Source: Xylella taiwanensis
GTDB lineage: Bacteria > Pseudomonadota > Gammaproteobacteria > Xanthomonadales > Xanthomonadaceae
Reading direction: 5' to 3'
Assembly: GCF_013177435.1 (NCBI RefSeq)
Contig: NZ_CP053627.1
Location: 750,001-782,000 of the forward strand
Length of the DNA: 32,000 bases
Below are positions 8,869 through 18,100 of the stretch, one piece after another. A program made the position numbers and the translations under genes. The notes under the pieces are model-generated. The model searched no databases and had not been told where the DNA came from. It saw only the letters and a program-made list of their open reading frames with translations. Each line of letters starts with the position of its first letter. Position 1 is the stretch's first letter.

Positions 8869-9052
8869 TGTCACCCGAGGACTAAATTAACCAACCTGAA
8901 GATTTGGTGTGTTGGTTTTATGGTCGTTCCTAGTTAAAATCGGTGAAGGTGGTGAATACTAAAGGGTATGTAGGGATTATAGAAACATAAAAAAACACTG
9001 TACTTTCAATACTAACACTACTAATTTAAATATAAATTTTAATGACTTAGAA

Positions 9053-9087
9053 AAAATCAACCATCATAAGGAGCGTTGATTTTCTTT
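9053..9087 (+). terminator. Candidate rho-independent terminator after the peptide array
   Basis: Perfect 9-bp stem AAAATCAAC (9053-9061) / GTTGATTTT (9075-9083) with a 13-nt loop, running into the T-rich sequence TTTTCTTT. The stem is AT-rich, so this is only a moderate call. Confidence 0.4.
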
Positions 9088-9305
9088 GGAATTTTGCGGG
9101 GCTGTATTAAGAACTGATGCCGCCTCTTCTTTTTAATTTGAAAATTTCTTTATATTCTATTACTTAACTTGCAACATATTAAGATGAAGCTTTAACATGA
9201 ATCGCCTGAAATGTACTCGATTGCATTTTAACAAAAATTTTTCATCATGTTTGATGATGCTGTTCAAATGTCATTGAGGCGTCAATTTACCATAATGGAT
9301 CTAAA

Positions 9306-11417
9306 ATGAGACCTGTTTTGCAATCTGAGGTCAGTGAATGTGGCTTGGCTTCGCTGGTGATGCTAGCGAACGCTCATGGCAAGCATCTGAGCCTATCCCA
9401 GCTTCGTCAGCGTTTTCCTTCATCCCTTAAAGGCGCCAAACTGACTCATCTGGTTCATATTGCACAACAGCTTGGCTTTTCTACTCGTCCACTGCGCCTG
9501 GATATGGAAGATCTGAATAAGCTTAAACTGCCTTGCGTTCTGCACTGGGATCTCAACCACTTTGTGGTGCTGGCAAAAGTCGGTACCACTAAGGCCACCA
9601 TTTATGACCCAGCCATCGGCAAGCGAAAGCTTTCACTCAATGAAGTGTCAAAATACTTCACTGGTATAGCCCTTGAATTGACACCTACGACCGAATTCAA
9701 GCAACAGAAAGCACCTCCTTCGATCTCAGCACGTCAGTTGACCGGTCCGATCCGAGGATTGTGGAGGGCTTTGGCCCAGATTCTGTTATTGTCGCTAGCT
9801 TTACAGGTCTTTGCAGTGCTGTCGCCTTTCTACATGCAATGGGTCGTGGATCAGGTATTGGTCTCGGCTGATCGCGATCTGCTGGTGGTACTGGGATTGG
9901 GCTTCGGATTGGCGCTGTTGCTTCAGATCGCCATCGGTTTGTTTCGTGGCTGGTCAGTGGTCTACCTGTCGTCAAGGCTTGGCCTGCAATGGATGGCTAA
10001 CGTGTTCGCACATCTGTTGAAGCTGCCATTGGAGTACTTCGAAAAGCGCCATCTTGGAGACTTGACTTCTCGCATGTCTTCGGTGCAATCGATCCAGAAA
10101 ACGTTGACCACCAGTTTCGTTGAAGCGATTATTGACGGGCTGATGACGATCGTCACACTGGGTTTGATGCTCGTTTACAGTTGGAAGCTGGCATTGGTCA
10201 CATTGGTAGCGGTGGTGTTGTACCTGCTCATCCGTGCCATTTCATACTGGCCAGTACGCGACTGTACCGAGCAGCAATTAGTTGTTGGTGCAAAACAGCA
10301 GAGCCATTTGCTGGAATCACTACGTGGCATTCAAAGTTTGAAAGTGGCAGGTGAAGAGTCGCTACGCCGTTCTACTTACGACAACCTACTCAACAACACG
10401 GTCAACCAAGAAGTGCGATTGGCACGCATGTCATTGGGTTTCTCGAGCGCTAGCCAACTTGTGTTCGGACTGGAGCGCATCGGAGTGATCTGGTTAGGTG
10501 CGAAATTGGCGTTGGACAACGTATTCTCGGTCGGCATGTTGATCGCCTATTTATCCTACAAAGATCAGTTCACTTCGCGGATCTCTAGCTTGATTGATAA
10601 GTGGGTTGAGTTCCGCATGTTGCGCCTACATGGCGAACGGTTGGCTGATATCGTCTTGACCTCTCCGGAGGAGGACTACGAATTGCCGGAAATGCAGCTA
10701 CCGAAAAAAGAACCAGATATCGAAGTGGATGGATTGTCGTTCCGCTATGGTGAAGGTGAACCATGGATATTGAAAGATTGCAGCTTCAAAATCGCAGCGG
10801 GCGAATCGGTGGCAATCATTGGTGCCTCGGGCTGCGGTAAAACGACACTGATGAAGTTGCTGCTTGGGTTGCTGAAACCTACCACAGGTACGATACGTAT
10901 TGGTGGGCGGGATTTACATAAATTCGGCGCACGTAATGTGCGTTCGGTTGTTGGTGCGGTGATGCAAGATGATCAACTCTTTGCGGGTAGCGTCGCTGAT
11001 AACATCAGTTTTTTTGATCCGGACTTCGACCTGGAGCGTATTGAAGCGGCAGCGAAGTTAGCCGCAATCCATGACGATATCGCCGCGATGCCAATGGGGT
11101 ATCACGCGTTGATCGGCGATATGGGCAGTGCGCTATCCGGCGGACAGAAGCAACGTGTTATCTTGGCCCGTGCGCTTTACCGCCACCCCAAGTTGCTGTG
11201 CCTGGACGAGGCAACCAGCCATTTGGACGTCACGCGAGAGCGCTTAGTCAACGAGGCGGTACACCAGTTAAAACTGACCAAAGTGATTGTGGCACACCGC
11301 CCGGAGACCATTGCTAGTACGGATCGTGTCGTCATTTTGGATCATGGACGGATCGTGCAAACAGTGGCAATGCCAACAGATCATCAAGAGTCAATCGAAA
11401 TGGTGCAGAACACGTGA
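9306..11417 (+). CDS. cvaB: Peptidase C39 domain-containing ABC exporter (PCAT; CvaB-like bacteriocin processing/export ATPase), 703 aa
   Basis: N-terminal C39 motifs are present: catalytic Cys in QSEVSECGLASLVML (codon 9339-9341), His in HWDLNHFVVL, and then IYDP. A six-helix exporter TMD follows. The NBD has Walker A GASGCGKTT, signature LSGGQKQR and Walker B LLCLDEATSHLD. Confidence 0.93.
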   Translation: MRPVLQSEVSECGLASLVMLANAHGKHLSLSQLRQRFPSSLKGAKLTHLVHIAQQLGFSTRPLRLDMEDLNKLKLPCVLHWDLNHFVVLAKVGTTKATIYDPAIGKRKLSLNEVSKYFTGIALELTPTTEFKQQKAPPSISARQLTGPIRGLWRALAQILLLSLALQVFAVLSPFYMQWVVDQVLVSADRDLLVVLGLGFGLALLLQIAIGLFRGWSVVYLSSRLGLQWMANVFAHLLKLPLEYFEKRHLGDLTSRMSSVQSIQKTLTTSFVEAIIDGLMTIVTLGLMLVYSWKLALVTLVAVVLYLLIRAISYWPVRDCTEQQLVVGAKQQSHLLESLRGIQSLKVAGEESLRRSTYDNLLNNTVNQEVRLARMSLGFSSASQLVFGLERIGVIWLGAKLALDNVFSVGMLIAYLSYKDQFTSRISSLIDKWVEFRMLRLHGERLADIVLTSPEEDYELPEMQLPKKEPDIEVDGLSFRYGEGEPWILKDCSFKIAAGESVAIIGASGCGKTTLMKLLLGLLKPTTGTIRIGGRDLHKFGARNVRSVVGAVMQDDQLFAGSVADNISFFDPDFDLERIEAAAKLAAIHDDIAAMPMGYHALIGDMGSALSGGQKQRVILARALYRHPKLLCLDEATSHLDVTRERLVNEAVHQLKLTKVIVAHRPETIASTDRVVILDHGRIVQTVAMPTDHQESIEMVQNT

Positions 11418-12423
11418 CAATGATGATGGCGATTGCTGTGATATGCAGCGGTCCAATCATTAAATGCTTGATCATCTTATCGTTTTCAGCATTGTGTTGC
11501 GTTTCATCGCCATAGCATATCTGGCTCATTTGAAAGCCTTGAAAGCTTGGATGGAGAATTGCGCTTGTTTATGAGGCGTCTCATTGGGCTGCTAAGTGTA
11601 GAACGTGGCTATATTGATGCCGTGTCAGTGTAATAACGCCGCTATCGTTCATCTGGTTGTGCCCCGCTTGCTGGCATCTATGCTTGGGTTGCCAGTGAAT
11701 CAGGATATTTTGATTGAGAAAGAATCTGTCTGGAAAATGACTGTTTCTTCAGGGTATTTGTTTTATGTGTGGATGATGGGTTAACTTTTTTTGACGAAGA
11801 TCGGCTGATTATCTAAGCACAGCAAAAGCGGCTCCTTGACTCGCTTGATTTACAAAATCAGGTGATTGTGGCATGTCGATATTGTGCTTACCTGAATCTT
11901 GCCGTTAGCGGTGATTATGATTGACCGAGATGCCAACCTTTAACACGGAAGCGTTACTGTACTCCTGTGGTTGTTAATTGCAGTCATCAGGGTACCGTGT
12001 GATAGTCGGATGATAGCTTGGTTTCGATCACCCCCGGGATCTATTGGACCAGATCAGTGGGGTTTGTCATACACGTTACGCTGAATGCTCATGTTTGGCC
12101 CATAGCCCGTGCTCTGGGCTTCATTGATTCAGATGCCGATGTCGACAAGAACAAACCCGAACTATAGGCTGTGTTTGTGTCATGGTTGTTCATGATGGAT
12201 GGATATCCCCAACAGCAATTCGGCGTTTGATCTATTTTTTTGTTCGTCACTTCGTTGTTTATTCGTGTTTCCTTTTGGAAGTTACATCTGCGCATAAATT
12301 CAGAGGGGTATAACAATCTGCATGTTTGGTCTCCCAAGTACGTAGTGATTATTAAACTCTCACAGAGTCTAGGCTTGGTACAAAGCAATCAATTCAAGAG
12401 GATTTCAGCCTTGCAATCCTGAC

Positions 12424-13203
12424 CTATTCTATTTCCCGCCGTAGTAACCAGAGTGATAATGCACTGAGCCCTGCGATGAACGTGAGCATCAGTACGTATG
12501 CTATCCATAGTGGGACGTCGCTATGGCCGAGCAAACCGTAGCGAAAGGCGTTGACCATGTAGAAAATCGGGTTCGCGTAAGTGGCGGTTTCAGCCCAGCC
12601 GGGTAGCAGCTTCACTGAGTAAAACACTCCTCCGAGGTAAGTCAACGGAGTCAGAATGAACGTCGGTATGATCGTGATGTCGTCGAACTTTTTGGCGTAG
12701 ACAGCGTTAATGAAGCCGGCCAGTGAGAAAATGATTGCAGCCAGTACCGCTGTGCTCAACGTGACCAATGGGTACGGTAGCCGTACTGGAGTAAAGCACA
12801 TCGCGATTGCCATCACGATAGTGCCGACCATTAGTCCTCGTAGCACTGCTCCGGTGACGTAGCCCCATAGAATCACCCAGTTTGGCATCGGACTCACCAG
12901 CAGTTCCTCAATGTGTCGGCCGAACTTGGCACCGAAGAACGAAGAACTGATGTTGCCGTAACTGTTCTGGATCACACTCATCATGACCAAGCCAGGTACG
13001 ATGAAGTGTATATAGTCAAAGTCGTCCATTGAGCCCACGCGTGTGCCGATCAACTGGCCGAAGATCAAAAAATATAAGGCCATGGTGATGGCTGGTGGCA
13101 CCAGTGTTTGGATCCAGATGCGCAAGATGCGTTGCACTTCGCGGCGTACGATGGTGCCCAGAGCGGTCAGGTTACGCTGGGTGTTGCTTGGTGTATTGGT
13201 CAC
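12424..13203 (-). CDS. yadH: ABC-2 type transporter permease (YadH-like), 259 aa
   Basis: Similarity to my recollection of E. coli YadH runs along the whole length (RIWIQTLVPPAITMALYFLIFG, FIVPGLVMMSV, SSFFGAKF, IEELLVSP, LTPLTYLGGVFYS). The start is GTG at 13203, 33 nt after the upstream ATPase stop. Confidence 0.9.
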   Translation of the reverse strand: MTNTPSNTQRNLTALGTIVRREVQRILRIWIQTLVPPAITMALYFLIFGQLIGTRVGSMDDFDYIHFIVPGLVMMSVIQNSYGNISSSFFGAKFGRHIEELLVSPMPNWVILWGYVTGAVLRGLMVGTIVMAIAMCFTPVRLPYPLVTLSTAVLAAIIFSLAGFINAVYAKKFDDITIIPTFILTPLTYLGGVFYSVKLLPGWAETATYANPIFYMVNAFRYGLLGHSDVPLWIAYVLMLTFIAGLSALSLWLLRREIE

Positions 13204-13236
13204 GGTAAGGATCGGGATGCGACGGTGGGAGAATGA

Positions 13237-14217
13237 TTAGGGTGTGGCAGCGTACGCTGGCAGGCTTTCAGTGATGTTACGGTTCTCTGTACTGGTCAAG
13301 CGTATAAACAGCTCTTCCAGACGATTACTCTTGGTACGCATCGAGCGTACTTGGATGTTGGCGGCACTCAGCGCAGCGAACACGCGATTCAGGTCCATTG
13401 CGCGTGGCATGTTCAAGTCCAATGTGTGATCGTCCAACGCGCTTAGCGTAGTGTTCTCAATTGTTGGAAGTTGCATCGGTAGTGTTCCGTCGATGTCGAG
13501 AAGAAAGCCTTCCACGTCTAGTTTGGCGAGCAGTGTACGCATAGGTCCCTTCTCGATGATCTGACCACGGTCGATGATGGCCAAATTACGACAGAGGCTT
13601 TCGGCTTCTTCAAGGTAATGCGTGGTGAGCATGATTGTGGTGCCACTGGCATTGATCTCCTGTAGGACGCGCCACATATCGCGGCGGATCTCGACGTCCA
13701 CACCAGCAGTAGGTTCATCCAGGATAAGCAAACGCGGTTGGGTCATCATCGCACGGGCAATCATCAAACGCCGTTTCATCCCACCGGACAGGGTACGGCT
13801 CATCACCTGTGCCTTCTCCCACAGGTACGCGCGCTTGAGCTCAACCTCTGCCAGTGCTTCAGCTTCAGCGTGCGGTATGCCGTAGAAGCCGGCGTAGTTG
13901 ATCAGAATGTCTAAAGGTTTTTCGAACAGGTTGAAGTTGATCTCCTGTGGTACTAGGCCGATCAGTCGCATTGCCGCACTACGTTCGTGTACCAAGTCAA
14001 TGCCGAACACTTCGACGTTACCGCTGCTCAGATTGACTAGCGAACTGACGATGCCGATTAAAGTGGACTTGCCGGCGCCGTTGGGACCAAGTAGAGCGAA
14101 GAAATCACCTGGGTTAATGTCCAGACTGATCCCTTTCAGGGCCTGCGTACCATTGCTGTAGGTCTTGTGCAGATGATGCACGTGCAGAGCGGGTGCATGA
14201 GGGACAGTTGAGTTCAA
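13237..14217 (-). CDS. yadG: ABC transporter ATP-binding protein (YadG-like), 326 aa
   Basis: Walker A GPNGAGKST, signature LSGGMKRR and Walker B LLILDEPTAGVD are present. The start is TTG at 14217, preceded by AAGGA with a 7-nt spacer. It is in an operon with the permease. Confidence 0.9.
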   Translation of the reverse strand: MNSTVPHAPALHVHHLHKTYSNGTQALKGISLDINPGDFFALLGPNGAGKSTLIGIVSSLVNLSSGNVEVFGIDLVHERSAAMRLIGLVPQEINFNLFEKPLDILINYAGFYGIPHAEAEALAEVELKRAYLWEKAQVMSRTLSGGMKRRLMIARAMMTQPRLLILDEPTAGVDVEIRRDMWRVLQEINASGTTIMLTTHYLEEAESLCRNLAIIDRGQIIEKGPMRTLLAKLDVEGFLLDIDGTLPMQLPTIENTTLSALDDHTLDLNMPRAMDLNRVFAALSAANIQVRSMRTKSNRLEELFIRLTSTENRNITESLPAYAATP

Positions 14218-15184
14218 GTGGAATTCCTTGAGTGCCTGAGTGGCAGCATGACGAAGATTGCGGCGCTAATTATAGAAGACGTGCGGGGCTTGTCCGATCA
14301 TGGACTGTTTCAAAATCGTACATGACTGTTCAATGTCTCCTGAATCACTTGTTTTCCCGATCTTTGCATGATTTGTGCCTACCTTGGCTTACTGCCGTTT
14401 TATATGGGATAACGGCTCATTCCTGGATTTTCAGCGATGGTGAGTGCGTGCAGGTTTATTGTGTGCATGTTGATGGTACTGGGGCTAAGCACGGCTGGCT
14501 ATTCGTTGGTGGTCATTTGTGACGACACGCTTCAATGAGTATTTTCTTAATAGGTTGATCTCAGCAAGAAAAGTGGTGTGTCTTTTCGACGTACAAGGGA
14601 TTTTCTCTGTGAATATATTTCGGTCTCACAAGCCTGCCGCACCCATTTGAATCTGTCACTGGAGCGTGCGATGCATTTCGAAATCATTTTTTGTGTAGAT
14701 CGTGACGTGTGAAACGTCTGTTAAGTTTCGATTCTTGAGGTATTCGATCCAGTGTTGATCATATGTTTTAACGAGACTCAAACAGATTGTTAGTAATTCT
14801 TTCTTTTTTGTACCATTACTGTTAGGGTTGATATTGAGCTTGATTAATGTTTTAACTATAAATTAAATTCATTTTTATTTTATTTCTTGCATTTATTTAT
14901 AAATGAATTTTTAATTTGGATCATGATACTTCTTATTTTCATCAGGTATGGGTTGTTAGAGATATTAATGCAATTTCAAAATTTCATGGCGCTAAAAATA
15001 ATGGTACGTTAGATACTACTGTGCGCCGTTAAATCGCGGCAATAAAATTTTTTATTCAATTATTCATTGATTTAAAGACTTTCATTGCATGTCTTATATG
15101 AACTTTTACGGTTCATTGGTGTGCGATGGTGCGTGATTAACTAGCGGATTGAATTTATCCAAGGGAGGGAATCAAGGAGTAGGC

Positions 15185-18100
15185 ATGAGCAAGATGATTC
15201 TTAACAACGTCTTATTTTTGAGGTGTGTGGCCACGGTATGCATCGGTACACTCGCTGGTATAAGCGGTGCGGTGCAGGCGGGAGTGGAGATCTCTCAGTC
15301 CCCGTTGTATGTTGGCAGCGAAGTGCCTGGCAATCTTGCCATTGTTGCGTCTGTCGAGTATCCCACGTTGGTCAGTGTGGCTAACCTTGCCAGCACCTAC
15401 ACGCAAGGAGTTAGGTATGTTGGGTACTTCGATTCCAACAAGTGCTACCAATACAATTACAGTGCTGATGAGCGCCAGCGTTACTTCTATCCCGTTGCGT
15501 CTCCAAGGCCTAAAGCCGATTACAGTTGCGATACCTCCCGGGGTGCGTGGGCCGGGAATTTTCTGAACTGGGCCGCCACCCAGACGATCGATCCGTTCCG
15601 CTCCGCATTGACCGGCGGTTATCGCGTGCGCGACACGACCAACGAGACAATTCTGGAAAAAGCAGACATGGATCGCCCGTATCAGGTGAATTACCCGCGT
15701 CGCACGCTCGAAGGCCGGAATTTGCTCGCCGCTTCAGTGCCTGCGCAGTGGGGCAGATTCCGTATCCGCATCGATGGCCTCGGCAACACAATGCGGTTTA
15801 CTCAGGCGACCCCCGCCTTCTCCAATTGGTGGCAAGAACCTTTAGAGAAGGACGGTCAATTTTACGATCCTTCCAAGCACGCATTGAACTGGAATGATAA
15901 TGGCATTTACGAAGTCAGCGTCCGGGTCAAGGTGTGTGATCCATTGGTCGGCCTGGAGCCCAACTGTGTGGCCTATCCCAGTGGCTCCTACAAGCCCGAG
16001 GGGCTGATCCAGCAATATTCCAAGCGCATCCGATATAGCATTTTCGGTTATAAAAATGATGACAGTACTGTGGTGGACGGAGGCGTGTTGCGTGCCAATC
16101 AGAAGTTTGTCGGACCCAAGACCTACTATCCGAATGAAGGCGAGAAAACCAATCCCTATGCGGAATGGGATGCGCAGACCGGCATCTTCTATCCCAATCC
16201 CAATCCTGCTGATGCCGCGGCGACCACCCAGCGGGTGGGCCGTACGATCGCTCATTCCGGTGTGATCAACTATTTGAATAGATTTTCTCAGATGAATACC
16301 GGTAAGAGCGCAAAAGGGTATGACCCTGTCAGTGAGCTCTACTACACGGTAGTTCGCTATTTCAAAGGGTTGGGCGATATTCCAGAATATTCAGTATTGA
16401 CCGGTTCGGTAAACGAAAAGTACCAGCAGGCCGATGCCTTCCCGGTGATTACGACCTGGGATGATCCTATCCGTTATGCCTGCCAGAGCAATGTTGTCCT
16501 TGGAATTGGTGACACTCACACCAATTTTGACAAGAATCTGCCCGGTGATACCAACACCGAGGGAGAGCCTGCCAAACCGCAATTGGTCAGAAACGATACA
16601 AGCGTTGACGTGGTTAAACGTATGGCGCAGATCTTCCAGATGGAGGGCAGGAGCCGGGCTGATGCGCTGGCGGCGGCCCGGGCATCTACTTTCAACTTTC
16701 ATAATAAAAATTCGGCTTATATTGCAGCGCTGGCTTACGATGCCCATACCAAGGACATGCGTCCTGATCTTGAAGGGGATCAGTTTTTAACGACCTACTG
16801 GGTCGACGTGGTGGAGGCTGAGGACTACAAAAATCCAGTAGAAACTAACCAATACTGGTTGGCCGCGAAATATGGCGGATTTCAAGTGCCTGCCGGTTAC
16901 GATCCGGATAAGACGCTCAAAGCTCTGCCAGAGGCTACCTGGTGGAGTAGCCGCGAGTACTTCACTGACGATAAAAACAATCGTACCTTCAAGCGTGCGG
17001 ACAATTTCTACATTGCTGCTGACGCAGAAAAGATGGTGTCCAGCCTGAACAAAGCATTCTCGCGGATCGTGGCCGAGACAAAGGGCTCAGGCACCGGATT
17101 GTCCAGTAATGGTGCCAGGCTTGAAACCGGCGCCGTCACCTACCAGACACAGTTTTTCAGCGGCACCTGGCGTGGCGATCTGAGCGCCTATCACGTGGAC
17201 AAAGTGACCGGTGCGCTCACTCCGTTTTGGAGCGCGAACGCGAACTTCCCGGCGTGGGACCGGCGCGTCATCAAGTTTTCTAGTGCCGCCACACTGAAAG
17301 ACTTCACCAAAAACAACCTAAGCCAAACGCCACTGGCATCGGCCAGTGCCGCGCAGATTGATTACCTGCGCGGTAATCGTAGCCAGGAGGGCAGCGGGCC
17401 GGGCAAGCTCCGGGTACGCAGCGGCCTCATGGGGGATATTGTCAACTCCCAGCCGTTGTATGTGGGCGCGCCCAACCCCCGGCTATACACAGCGGCGCGC
17501 TTCAGCGGGGCGTCGGCTTATGCAGCGTTCGCCGCCGTGCAGGCCAACCGCGTGCCGGTGATCTACGTGGGGGCCAATGACGGCATGCTGCATGCCTTCA
17601 ATGCCAATAACGGTACAGAGATCTTTGCCTTTGTCCCTCAAGCGGCGATGCCCAGATTGCTTGAGTACACCGATCAGAACTACGTACACCAGTATTACGT
17701 TGATGGGGAGCTGACCGCGGCCGATATTTACGACACGACTTTACGGACGTGGCGTTCGGTGCTGGTGGGGACCCTGGGCCGTGGCGGGACAGGCGTGTTC
17801 GCCTTGGATGTGACCGACCCTTCCAATATTGGTGTGCTATGGGACAAAACGTCTACGGACATCAGCGGTCTGGGAAATATCCTAAACAAACCCATGATTG
17901 TTCAGACGTCTGATGGGACATGGTCCGTTTTGCTTGGCAATGGTCCCAACAGCACCGCAGACAACGCCCAACTGATCGTGATCAACCTGCTGACTGGCCA
18001 AGCAACCCAAATAGCTGTGAGCAAGGCTTCAAGCAATGGACTGTCGGGTGTGCTGCCTTGGTCCAGTCAGGGCAACGGCATCACGGATCGCGTGTATGCC

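Larger units (their letters stand above)
7165..8980 (+). repeat. Tandem cassette array (four units, leader-to-leader spacing 427, 491 and 475 bp), each unit = conserved 5' block + leader + variable core + conserved 3' block
   Basis: The 5' blocks are TTCTGCAATCCTCCTCCTTATTTTCAT (B), TTCTGCAACTTTCCTCCTTATTTTCAT (C), TCCTGCAATCTCCCCTTAATTTTCAT (D) and a weaker TTTCCTTTTTATTTTCTTAT (A). The 3' blocks are ...GTTnTTTTATAnC..GTT...CTAAATCTG...GATGATGAATnnTTAAGGnnnATGC... after A, B and C, with a degenerate copy after D (GGTGGTGAATACTAAAGGGTATGTAGGG). Confidence 0.8.

Noticed and set aside
8611-8874. 87-aa minus-strand ORF antisense to peptide D, and 7228-7544 / 7668-7922 antisense to A and B
   Set aside because: They are low-complexity antisense translations (Asn/Ser runs). 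The sense strand carries the conserved leader motif shared by four genes.
7165-8980. Possibility that the ~430-490 bp periodic repeats are a CRISPR or other short-repeat array
   Set aside because: The period is far too long. The repeats are imperfect and the units contain translatable, leader-bearing ORFs. No cas genes are present.
11332-11529. 65-aa minus-strand ORF overlapping the 3' end of cvaB, with a hydrophobic stretch
   Set aside because: It overlaps the cvaB coding sequence by 86 nt in antisense and has no RBS. The hydrophobic stretch is the mirror of the plus-strand small ORF region.
12089-12388. 99-aa minus-strand ORF, and other short ORFs, in the 1 kb gap between cvaB and yadH
   Set aside because: I found no RBS, motif or coding-like composition, and I saw no tRNA-like T-arm or other RNA gene signature in 11418-12423.
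14232-14522. 96-aa plus-strand ORF just upstream of yadG
   Set aside because: It has no RBS and no recognisable motif, and it sits in the divergent promoter region. A 33-codon off-frame ORF with a signal-like N-terminus in the same stretch is also too short to support.
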